This document shows positions 38,792 to 50,694 of a stretch of DNA of 64,000 bases, piece after piece. Every line of letters starts with the position of its first letter. Positions within the stretch are counted from its first letter, which is position 1. Location: contig NC_068984.1 of the NCBI RefSeq assembly GCF_001194135.2, positions 57,946,552-58,010,551 on the forward strand, read 5' to 3'. Below the pieces are notes generated by a model. It was not told where the DNA came from and did no database searches. It was given only the letters and a program-made list of their open reading frames with translations. A program made the position numbers and the translations under genes. The DNA comes from Octopus bimaculoides. Lineage: Eukaryota.

Positions 38792-40663
38792 GGTAAGAGA
38801 CTAATTATTACGCTTTCTTATTCTCAATGTGTTGACAAGAAGTGGAGGTTCATTTAAATTGATAAATAAACTGACAACCGAACCTCCGCTTTATGACGAC
38901 AACATACGTATGGCATAAATGCAACTTGTCAGACTTTTTCTATAAAATATCATTAAGTATCTTTCAACAAAATGAATCCTTCATTTACTTGGTAAAAAAT
39001 TTCTGTAAGAAATAATTAGAGACGATATATGATCGTTACTGTACCCTGTTTGGTGTGATATTGCTACTACTAAAGCTTATGTTGGTAATTTTCATTATGA
39101 GCAGACGAGCAGAGCTTCTTTCTCTTTATTAATAGATCTGATGATGAAATACTGTAAGATGTTTTTTGTAAGAACTTTTTTGTTTATACTTTTATTTTCA
39201 ACATTTCATTAACTATCTGTTCCTAATATAAATGTTTACGGACAAAATAATTTTAAGTAGAGAAGCTGGGCACTTGCCACAAAGTGAGGGATCGTTTTAG
39301 TATTGATTTACAGAAAAAGCTGATCCCTCACTTTGTGGCGATTATTTACAAATGTCGGCTGTAGCCTGCTTGCTTGTATGCTTTAGCTGACTAATAGGCC
39401 ATGGTTGTAGTATTAAGCAATAAAAGCGACGAGTGCTGCAGATTTTATGACTAATTTTATATTTGACAAAATGCATTCAAGAATATGAAATTAGAGATAG
39501 TTTGGTGGAATAGAGAGAAATTTTAAATAGCTTTTGTTTACATCTGATTTCATTTATAACCTCTCCATTCTTGACATGTTAAAACACTTGGAAGACTCAT
39601 CATATAGATTTTGAGATATTTTTATAATATTCAAGCTTAAATTCTTCATGATCTTCATTGAATTGAAATTTCGATGCTGTATTCAGAAAAGTGTTTCAAA
39701 CTCTTTTAGTCAGATCAGATTGCAAACAATTACTCAGGTGTATGCCAGATTTTCCAACCAACGACTGCATCAGTGGCCATATTGTATCATAAACATTGTC
39801 AATGGACTATATTTTATAGAATGCTTCATCTATTTCTATACAGTTATTCTTTTCATTACATTCGTTGTCTGAGATATTTTTTCATTAAATGAAGACTTTC
39901 GTTCATTTTATGTTTCGACTGTTATTAATAATACTCAACAATTTAAATCATTATGTATATTCATTTACAAATATTGAAATACCAGAACTCCTGTTGCCTG
40001 CGAAAATAGCCACTGTTATGTATTATTATTCTTCTTAAGTTTCTCCTTTTTGTGTCTTTACTTTTAATTCACCCATTTAGATATTTCCTCCAGAATCTTT
40101 TCACTACTAAGCACTTTCTTAGAATATATATATATTTATTTTTCTGTGTGTGTGTGTTTTATACACACTAAAAGCAAATTGTATGTGTGTGTGTGTATAT
40201 ATATTTATTCAATATACACATACATAAATATACAAACATACATTTGTTTCTTAGTTATGTATATATATATCAGTGCAAATTGTACATTCTCAATGCAAAC
40301 TAAGCGAATTTATATAAATGATTCTTATATATATATATATATATATATATAATCATTTTAAAGAAAGTTACGGGAAAGCAGTTGATGGGGAACCAACATG
40401 TAGTTAAGCCGATACTCACACTTTTATATATTAAACAAGTTGTGGATATATGCATTTCTGCTGGACAGATAGATATATTATTAAACCAAAGTATGTATGT
40501 ATATCATTCGGCATGCTGGACCGCTGAAATCCACAAGTTTTTTTATTCTCTGTTTATTTTCTCTTATTCCTTTCTGTTGAAGAGCGTAAGCCCGAAACGT
40601 ATACAAACTAATACACCTGTCTTCGTCTTTTGTTTCTCTATAAATTTCGAATATATATATATA

Positions 40664-40826
40664 TATAATGAAAGCAAGTTGGTGTGTGTATGTAAATAAG
40701 TATATATATGCAATCAATCGCATATATATATAATGAAAGCAAGTTGGTGTGTATGTATATAAGTATATATATATATATACAATCAATCGCATATATATAT
40801 ATATATATATATAATGAAAGCAAGTT
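40664..40826 (+). repeat. Minisatellite, ~66-80-bp unit, ~2.3 copies
   Basis: ataatgaaagcaagtt...caatcaatcgcatatata is repeated. Confidence 0.8.
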
Positions 40827-42224
40827 ATATTTATATTTTCCTAACGCGAATTCTAATGTTTATATATTTTTCAATCAAATTTGAATTTTTATTCTAAGTT
40901 TTATTGCATGTATGTATATTTTGAAAGCAAGTTTTAATGTAAGCTACATGTACGCTTTAGATGCATTTTTTAATGCAAGTTCTGTGTATCTTACATACAC
41001 AATTTCTTACAATGCGGAAAAAAGAATATTTCAGGCATAAAGGCCTAACATGAAAAAATAAACGGAAATTTATCGGTCTGTTAAGATACTGATCTAATCT
41101 AAATGGACCGATTGTTTGATAGGGTTATTAAATTTATTCCTTTCTTCATTTAAGAATCTCTCAGTCTTAAACTCGTTTTGCAAAGTGATTCAAGTAAGCT
41201 ACAAGGTTCTATAATGTGTGTAAGAGAGAGATACAGACATAACCCCGTTCTGGTAATGAATGGTAAATTAGTCCACAAGTTAGCAGGAGCAGTGTTGAAC
41301 TCGTATAAACGCACATCATGTGCGTGAAAATTCTTGAATCAAAGATCAAGGAGACCATAAGTTGAACAATATAACTTTAGTGCAAATAGTAGTATTTACA
41401 TATTCAATGTTTTGAATTAGAATGTGTGTCCACACATAAATACATTTTAATCGTAAATTCTGTCCGAGTGAGAAAAATAAGCTTCGAATAAAAACCTATT
41501 CAATTCTAACCGTAATGAGTACTATTGCATCCAACTAGGTTTTACTTATATGTTCTCAGAATATAATGTGTGTATACCAAAAGTAAGTGGTTTCTATTAT
41601 AACTTCCTTTTAGAAAATATACAAAATACAAAAACAATAGTTGACTTGTATATTCTTAGCAGACGACTTATTTATCATGAATCCTTTTTGTTTTGCTTGC
41701 CAACGAAGTATGACTATTCACTGCACATTTTNNNNNNNNNNNNNNNNNNNNNNNNNNNNNNNNNNNNNNNNNNNNNNNNNNNNNNNNNNNNNNNNNNNNN
41801 NNNNNNNNNNNNNNNNNNNNNNNNNNNNNNNNNNNNNNNNNNNNNNNNNNNNNNNNNNNNNNNNNNNNNNNNNNNNNNNNNNNNNNNNNNNNNNNNNNNN
41901 NNNNNNNNNNNNNNNNNTATATATATCAGTTTAAATAAACTATATAACTAAATATAGACTACAACTGTTCCAATATATCAATCAGTCATTGGAAACGGAA
42001 GTTTTAAATTATCCATACCTAACTGATATTTTTCTTCTTCCAGTTCTGTGTATTGTCTAAACGTAAAATGTTTTTGTTTATCTTTTTTTTTTAATGTACG
42101 GAATAATTCTTTTGCAATTTATTAATATTTAGATTAAAGAAGAATAAATTTAAACGTCAGCGAGCTAATACTTTTTTTTTCTGTTGTAATTCCATATGAA
42201 TCTTGGATGCCTTTGTAGGAATAT

Positions 42225-42530
42225 CAGACACTCCGTCGATTATGATGAGTGTTCCAGTTGATCCGATCAGCGAAACAGCCTGCTCGTTAAAATTAACATG
42301 CAAGTGCTGAGCATTCAACAGACACGCGCACCCTTAACGTAAATTCTCAGGGAGATTCAGCGTGACACAGAATGTGACAAGGCTGGCCATTTGAAATACT
42401 GGTACTACTTATTTTTGCTAGCTGGGTGGACTAGAGCAATGTGAAATAGAGAAACTTGCTCAAGGACACAACGAATATCGAACTCACGACTTTACGATCT
42501 TGCGTTGTACACCTCTAACCACTAAACCCT
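42225..42530 (-). mobile_element. SINE, second family (shares its 3' part with 48878-49237)
   Basis: Reverse-complement match to ggccagccttgtcacac...aatttcacgagcaggctgtt...cgacggagtg. Confidence 0.8.
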
Positions 42531-43535
42531 GAGCCTTTATATTATCCTTCTGGTACGGAGGGAGGGGAATTGTTAAAATTGTAAAGTGAGTGGACAGTTT
42601 GCCATCTTTAATAAAATCGGAGGGTTTTAAGCATGCCCAACCCGATGGCGAAGAAAGATGGATGCAAACATTTTGTCTTCTCATTTAGAAAGAGGAGGAG
42701 GAGCAAAAACATTTTTTTGGAGGTCAGTAGGTAAGTGTGTGCTGATATTTATTTGTTTGAGAACCACAGCCCCACTTAGTTTAATTCCTTAGTGACTAGA
42801 TTTTTTTTGTTTTTGTGGAGGGCCATCATACTCTGCTGTATTTCATGGCTTAAAGTTGCAATTGGGTGCTTTTCAGTTAGTGTGATTACAAGGTTATTCT
42901 ACCGTTATTTAATATTTTTGTTATTTGCTTCACGAATGTTTGATGCGTGCGTTTATTGTACACTTAAAGGTACCAATTCTGGTGTTTTCAGTATAGTCCA
43001 AAATCGGTGTTCTCAGCAAAATTTTGCCATTAGTGGTAAATGTCTAACACATTTCCACCCTACTCCATTCTAGATACGTGACATGCCTATCTGAAAGTGC
43101 GTGCTTCTTGTATGGTAATTCCAGATTGTTTATATTTTTCTTTGCATATGCATTGGTTTCATTCTTAACCGGTAGTTTCCACGATGGGGTTCACATTTAT
43201 TTTTATGTCAGGTTATCAGTTGAAAAACACAAAGAATGAGGTGTTCCTGTTTCAAATGTTACGTTATGAATAGCGCTTGGGGAACGAGAATTTCATAATC
43301 GCCAACATTATTATAAACAAGGAGATAATCACTAAGCAGCTTTAATTAAATTATTCTCTCTTCTTTTCCAGTTGTCCACTGACCTACATACTTACATTAT
43401 TTAATCACTGTATTTAATATTTTCCTTTTATGTTGGATAATGGTGAATTAACAAAAGATACCAGTGTAGGTTTTATCTGGTCAGTCTTTTTTTTGTGGCC
43501 ACCGTCTAGAGCAAATACCTTAGAGGAGCATTTTG

Positions 43536-44269
43536 GGGGTTAATGCAATTTCGTACCTCTCCTTGAAAAATGCATTTTTGGGGGATTCCTACGTTTTAGT
43601 TGTCGGAGATTACGAATAGGTAAAAAAAAAATTTAATTTCATCTGCTCCCCCCCCCATTTAAATTTTTGATTTTTGTCTATTTTCAAGGGATCGTAGCGA
43701 ATTGACGAACATGTGCAAATCGAAATTAAATACAAAAACATTAAAGTGAAAAATATTTGCGTTTTACTTGTGATTATAATCGTAAATAATAATTTAATGC
43801 AAATTAAATATACACCATTTTATGAGAAACAATGTTTAATAATTAGTGTTATAAAATTTATTAGGGGGCTCAAATTTCACCCCCTCTCCAATTAAACTCT
43901 TTCATCCATTTGTTTATTTATGTCTATTTATCCATAAAATATATTTGTCAACTAAATGTGGCGATCCTATAGAAGACGGTATTACTGTTGTTTTTAGTCC
44001 CAGGAAGACATCCATCCATCTACCCACCCACATATTTATATGCTTATTGAATTTAAAATTTTGAAAATGTGGCTTCTTGCATATTCAGAATCTCAGTTTC
44101 GAAAAAGTTCTAAATTTTGAGGTGGAGGGGTGTGTGTGTGTGTGTGTGAAATTTTAAAAAATTCTGTTTTTGCATATTCGTAATCTCCGACATCTAAAAC
44201 GTAGCATTCCAAAAAAATGTTTTAAAAAAATGCATTTTTCAAGGAGGGGTACGAAACTGCATTAGCCCC
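43536..44269. mobile_element. MITE/foldback element with long TIRs, GGGG termini and an 8-bp TSD (Merlin-like)
   Basis: About 110 bp of inverted similarity (43536-43640 vs 44150-44269). Flanks are gcattttg and gcattctg. Confidence 0.75.
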
Positions 44270-44998
44270 GCATTCTGCCCACTCAGTACACATTTGTCAA
44301 AACCTCGTATGACAAAGTAAAGAATGCGTACACCCGATGTTTAGGGTTAGTGTTTTTGTTTCGCCGAAAACGGGTGGTGTACGTATTCTTTATCTCCGCC
44401 GTTTATATTCCCCTCATCCAAATTAGCGTTTATATTGAAGGGGAACTTGAACAACTCATGGCAACGTTACTTTTTTTACATTAGAAAATATACAAAAGCA
44501 AATAGAAATTGATATAATTCGTGTCAAATTGAATTTTACGTACCGTTTTTTCATTCCCCGGACAAGACTAAGATTGTGCATCTTTCAGTTTAGGGTAACA
44601 GTATTTCTCGACAAGATTCCTTCCTTTCCACAAAACAAAATATTCAGTTATTTAGGGAACGTAGAGAAAAAATAAATGGACACAACTGTGCCACTTCAGA
44701 AAAAATGCTACGAACTGTTGCCTATAAGAGAAGTAAGAGTGTTTGCCCCTCTTCAGCTCTTTCGATAGCCGTACATGTAAAGTGAATGTCTTTCTTCTGC
44801 AATTTCCGTGAACAGTTATATTCCTTTATCCCCCGCACCGCTGAATCGCTTATTTATGTATCATTCGTTTGTGTGTGTGTGTATGTATGTGTATATTTGT
44901 GTATCTAAGTACTCTGTGTGTGTGTATAAATATATACATACATGCACGTAAATACGTGTATACTTATATAAACAAATATACATATACACAAACACATA

Positions 44999-45143
44999 CG
45001 AGGGGCTACTGAAAGATTCTCAGATTCACTCACTTATTGCAGCGGTCCTTCCGTTTTTTCAAAGTCTTGAACTCGGAAGGTGGGGCCACCAACCAGGCCT
45101 TTTACGACACCCTCAAAGCCAGTAACTTTTCAGCACTCTCTCA
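44999..45143. mobile_element. mariner-type MITE
   Basis: TA-CGAGGG..CTGAAAG start, ctttt-cagcactctctca-TA end. Confidence 0.6.
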
Positions 45144-45663
45144 TACATATATGTATACACAAAAGTGTAATAAACACAAGCAATTCAGAATATGATGAAA
45201 GAACGAAAAAATAAAAAAAGATTACGGAAATTGCCGAACAAAAACTTTCACTTTTCATGTACAGCTATCGAAAGAACGCTAAAATCATTCTTTTCTCCAT
45301 AGATACCTCTTCAAAATTTGTTTTCAAAATTCTAGTTTTGTTTCTCAAACGTCCACTTGTATAAGTCGCAGCTCCTGCAACTATTAGCAGCTTAATCCAT
45401 TTTGTTGTCTGGAGGCGGGGTAGAAGAAGCGGTTAAGAAATCTGAAAACAATTTTTTTTAAAACATGTGAATTACAATTGCTTCAGAATGTGCAGTATTA
45501 TAAAATGACGGATCACTTCATCACCCTCACCCCCAAACGTTTTAATTGTGACAGCTATTCCGAAGGCACGATGGAAGTGATATTTAAGAAATTTTTTTAC
45601 TTTGAATTACATTTGTTTTTGATTGTGAGATATAGTAAATGACAAAAAAAAAAAAAAAAAAAA

Positions 45664-46241
45664 NNNNNNNNNNNNNNNNNNNNNNNNNNNNNNNNNNNNN
45701 NNNNNNNNNNNNNNNNNNNNNNNNNNNNNNNNNNNNNNNNNNNNNNNNNNNNNNNNNNNNNNNNNNNNNNNNNNNNNNNNNNNNNNNNNNNNNNNNNNNN
45801 NNNNNNNNNNNNNNNNNNNNNNNNNNNNNNNNNNNNNNNNNNNNNNNNNNNNNNNNNNNNNNNNNNNNNNNNNNNNNNNNNNNNNNNNNNNNNNNNNNNN
45901 NNNNNNNNNNNNNNNNNNNNNNNNNNNNNNNNNNNNNNNNNNNNNNNNNNNNNNNNNNNNNNNNNNNNNNNNNNNNNNNNNNNNNNNNNNNNNNNNNNNN
46001 NNNNNNNNNNNNNNNNNNNNNNNNNNNNNNNNNNNNNNNNNNNNNNNNNNNNNNNNNNNNNNNNNNNNNNNNNNNNNNNNNNNNNNNNNNNNNNNNNNNN
46101 NNNNNNNNNNNNNNNNNNNNNNNNNNNNNNNNNNNNNNNNNNNNNNNNNNNNNNNNNNNNNNNNNNNNNNNNNNNNNNNNNNNNNNNNNNNNNNNNNNNN
46201 NNNNNNNNNNNNNNNNNNNNNNNNNNNNNNNNNNNNNNNNN
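45664..46241. other. Assembly gap (other gaps: 5389-5442, 41732-41917, 49802-49970, 60784-60826, 62760-63693)
   Basis: Runs of N. Confidence 1.
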
Positions 46242-47947
46242 TCCCGAACCAAAATAAGGGATTAGCAGCATAAAAATCAGAGTTTTTTTTTTTTTTCTTA
46301 GTGAAAACCGTGTGGGTGTTATTCTGAAAAGTTACTCTGAAAAATTACCGAAAAAACCTCTAAGAAATACATACCATTTTATTCGTGACAGCCATTCTGA
46401 ATGTCTACTGAGCAGGTTTCGCAGTTAATCAGCTCATACTGTTGAATAATGTTTATCTCTCTTCTGTACGTGAACAGTATCGATTAGCTAAAGTTGTCGT
46501 GCTTGTTACTTTAAGTATATTAACACTAACTACAGCAGCTCCTCAACACTGTTGGTAGGTTTTTCTGATAAGTAATTTTAAATAAAACAATTTTACTAAT
46601 ATGTCCAATGGTGTGTGTTTGGTGGTGGTGGTGGTGGTGGGGGGGACAAAATTAGTAACCTGAGTAAAATGAGTAATTTCTGGTTTCTCGTTATTTTCTC
46701 CCTACCTGTTTGAAATCATTACACTGCAAGGTTGCACCATCTTCAAGAGTATAAATTGGTCAGCATAGTTGGAGTTGAGAGAGTTTGGAATATAAGTGAC
46801 TTGTACTTGTTTTTCAAGAAATTTTCTACGACCCGATTATAATTGAAGTTGCTAATAAAATATTTGGATAATTTTTGGTGATTAACAACCAATATTCTTT
46901 TCTCAGTTGGATTCCAAGTCAACCCCACCCCATACTAGCGTCTAATTTGATAATTTTCAGTTTTCAAAATAATGTCTAAAATGGAGTAAAATAATTTCCT
47001 CTCTTTAACTGCAGTGGTTCCTAAATAAATATATCGAGAGCCACTCCAGCGCATAATGAAGCTACAGAGAATATTTTGTTCTAGTCGAATTTCGTTTTTC
47101 CATAACGCTCTTTCATTTGACCTACATACTTAAATTTTTGTTGCATTTCTGATCTTTCTGAAGTCTAAGGTTGGATATCGATGTGTATGATTCTGTTTTT
47201 AAATGTTGGAAAATTGAATAGGCAGATTTACCTATCTTGGTTTACTCAATTTTATCCCAGCTAAATTTTGCTGATGAGAACGGGGATATTTTTCTGAAAT
47301 AGTTAGTGTCCGGAATATGTTATAGTGCTTTTAATGCATGGCTGATATAGTTTTTGTAAAGTAGTGAACATTTGTAAAAAGTATATTTCTCAAAGCCAAA
47401 AATGCAGTAAAACCTTCTCATTGTACCCTCTACACCTAGAGTGGAGTTACTACGACATTCCGATTTGCAAAACGTTATCAAACTTGAATAAAAACAACAA
47501 AAATAAATAAAACTCAAAACGCCTAATATTGAATATTAAATACGTGTGCTATGCATAATTTTCATTTAATACTATTTGCAATCGGTGCATTAAAGAAAAG
47601 GCTTGTATTTTGTGAATTTTAGGTAGGATCAAACACCCATAGAAGTATTCAATTTTCCCAAACCTTTTGGTTCCAAAGTCTTCTTGGATTATTGATTTTT
47701 CTCTTCGTATCAGGGTTAGCCACCGTGGTTAACATTATCCTAAAATAAATAAATATTAAATTTACTTCAATAATTAAATGAAATACTGGTACTTGTACAT
47801 TAGTGTTAATGATAAATTTATTAATAATGTACTGTAAGGTAGCAAGCAGTATACTAGCTTTGGCAGCTGCAGGAATTTAAAAGTTTCTGCTCGTAAATTA
47901 GTACGGATTATAAGAGGTTCCCGACCTCCACTGCCCGGGAAGTCTGT

Positions 47948-48150
47948 GTTGTAACTATATAAATTTATAAGTATTAAATACAATTTCGTTCTCTTTTTTA
48001 CTTTTCATTATTTATTACAATGCAATTGCTTTCCTTAGATATTAGCGTTGTAACTATATAAATTTATAAGTATTAAATACAATTTCGTTCTCTTTTTTAC
48101 TTTTCATTATTTATTACAATGCAATTGCTTTCCTTAGATATTAGCGTTGT
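47948..48150 (+). repeat. Perfect 99-bp tandem duplication
   Basis: 47948-48046 is identical to 48047-48145, followed by gttgt. Confidence 0.9.
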
Positions 48151-48346
48151 CATACCTCGTCGCATCTAGTCTCAATGCATTGCTTCACGTTGCTAATATT
48201 GTGCGTTGATATAATGAAAGTACGCTTTACGGAACTTTATTTCATTGTATTTGGTTTTATTTTATCTCCCTTAAACATTGAATTAAACCGCGAGTCATAG
48301 GGTTCGCGCGCGCTTGAGTGTGTATATTATATCGGCGCAAGGGTCA

Positions 48347-48424
48347 TGGCGACCTTTGACAAGAAAGATTTCGCATTCCCTTTCACGGGCCCCGACTTGT
48401 CGGTGCAGAGTTGTCTGCAAGCGG
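48347..48424 (+). CDS. Putative first coding exon of an unidentified gene (MATFDKKDFAFPFTGPDLSVQSCLQA)
   Basis: Strong Kozak context gtcATGG in a CpG/GC-rich patch (cgcgcgcg at ~48306). Possible GC-type donor GCG|gcaagt. CpG appears to drop downstream. I do not recognise the protein. Confidence 0.35.
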
Positions 48425-48877
48425 CAAGTCAACTTGCTTGGGGGCGCCGATGAAGAGGATTTACATTGATTTTTAAATTTAATTGTATTGATTTTTGATT
48501 TTTGTATTAAAATTTTTTATTTAAAGGACAAATTGAAATCGAGGGCTTGTTGGTCGGTGGGCGCCGACATCCCTCTCATCTTTTTCATATTTATCATTGT
48601 TTTCATTCATCTCATTTTGTTTAAGTCCAGCCCAAAAGCTTCTATCTTTGTACTGCCCTTGTGGCAAATTTTATGAAATAAAGAAGCTTGCTTCCCAACC
48701 ACATGGTTCCGGGTTTAGTCCCACTGCGTGGCACTTTGTGAGCGGATTTGGTAGACGGAAATTGAAAGAAGCCCGTCGCTATGTTTTTTGTTTTCATATT
48801 CGTTTTCTACACATTTTGTTACACCTTGTAGGCTGTTTTTGTTTTCGTGACGGGGGCTTAAACTCTGTGTGTGTGTG

Positions 48878-49237
48878 GAGGCGCAATGGCCCAGTGGTTA
48901 AGGCAGCGGACTCCCGGTCATAGGATCGCGGTTTCGATTCCCAGATCGGGCGTTGTGAGTGTTTATTGAGCAAAAACACCTAAAGCTCCTTACTTAGGGT
49001 CCATGTAGGCCAAAAAAAATGGTGGTGAACCCTGCTGTACTCTTTCACCACAACTTTCGCTCACTCTTTCTTCCTGTTTCTGTTGTGCCTGTAATTCAAT
49101 GGGCCAGCCTTGTCACACTGTGTCACGCTGAATATCTCCGAGAACTACGTTAAGGGTACACGTGTCTGTGGAGTGCTCAGCCACTTGCACGTTAATTTCA
49201 CGAGCAGGCTGTTCCGTTGACTGGAACCCTCGACGGA
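48878..49237 (+). mobile_element. tRNA-derived SINE, near full length
   Basis: Head ggaggcgcaatggcccagtggttaagg (A box) and ggtttcgattccc (B box), with a conserved body. Confidence 0.85.
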
Positions 49238-49289
49238 GTGCCAACGATATATATACATATACACACACATACATACACACGCGCACACA

Positions 49290-49463
49290 CGAGAGGGTGC
49301 TGAAAAGTTCTTGGCTTAGGGTAAAAGAAAATATACGAGCAGCAGTGAATTATGATTTTATCCAACATAATCCCTTCTCAGATTTACACACTTACTGCAG
49401 CGGGCCTCGTAAATGGGCCTTTTGCAATATACTTAAAGCCAGGAACTTTTCAGCACCTCCTCA
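49290..49463. mobile_element. mariner-type MITE (same family as 44999-45143)
   Basis: TIR gagagggtgctgaaaagttcttggct / agccaggaacttttcagcacctcctca. Confidence 0.65.
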
Positions 49464-49484
49464 TGTGTGCCCGTCTCTCCTTCT

Positions 49485-49623
49485 CTCTCTCTCTCTATAT
49501 CTATCTATCTATCTAACTATCTATCTATCTATCTATATATATATATATTTATATATATATATATAGCTATATCTACACACACACACACACACACATACAT
49601 ACATACATACATACATACATACA

Positions 49624-49672
<49 letters not shown>

Positions 49673-50215
49673 TATTTTGTTTAAAAGAGTTCCAACACTG
49701 TCTGTTTTTTATGTTTTATTTATATTCCTGCAGAACCAATGTGGGGTATAGAATATGGAATATACAATATATAATATAATATACAATATATAATATAAAA
49801 TNNNNNNNNNNNNNNNNNNNNNNNNNNNNNNNNNNNNNNNNNNNNNNNNNNNNNNNNNNNNNNNNNNNNNNNNNNNNNNNNNNNNNNNNNNNNNNNNNNN
49901 NNNNNNNNNNNNNNNNNNNNNNNNNNNNNNNNNNNNNNNNNNNNNNNNNNNNNNNNNNNNNNNNNNNNNNATATATATACACATCTATATATATAGTTGT
50001 ATAAATATACATGTATATATATAGATGTATATATATACATGTATACGCATAGCTGTATATGTACAGATGTATATGTATAGATATAGATGTATATGTGTAG
50101 ATGTATATATATATATATATATATAGATGTACATGTAATATGTACACATATATATATACATATATACATGCATACATATACACACCCATACACACACACA
50201 CACACATATACATAG
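49485..50215. repeat. Compound microsatellite region (CT, CTAT, TA, CA, CATA) around an assembly gap
   Basis: Direct reading. N run at 49802-49970. Confidence 0.9.
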
Positions 50216-50216
50216 G

Positions 50217-50530
50217 TGCAGGTGTGGCTGTGTAGTAAGAAACTTGGTTCCAAAACACATGGTCCTGGATTCAGTACAACTGTGTGGTGACTTGGCATGT
50301 GTCTTCTGCTATAACCTCAGACCAACCAAAGCCTTGTGAGTGGATTTTGTAGAAAGAAACTGGAAGAAATCAATTGAATTTTTATGTATGTATATATGTA
50401 AGTGTATGTTTGTGTCTTTGTCTCTGTGTTTCTCCCTCATCGCTACTTCACAACTGGTGTTTGTTTATTTACATCCCCATAACTTACTGGTTTGACAAGA
50501 AGAAACTGATAGAATAAGTACCAGTCTTAT
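50217..50530 (+). mobile_element. SINE (diverged copy of the 54115-54528 family)
   Basis: gtggctgtgtagtaagaaac...aaagccttgtgagtggatttt...gatagaataagtacc. Confidence 0.8.
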
Positions 50531-50637
50531 CAAAATAAAAAAAAAGCACTAGGCAGTGTCTCATATTTTTGTTTGCCCACTCAGTTGTATCAATCAATCT
50601 ATCTTTTTGTGTGTGTGTGTATATATATATATGTATA

Positions 50638-50675
<38 letters not shown>

Positions 50676-50694
50676 GTATATGTGCATATTCATA

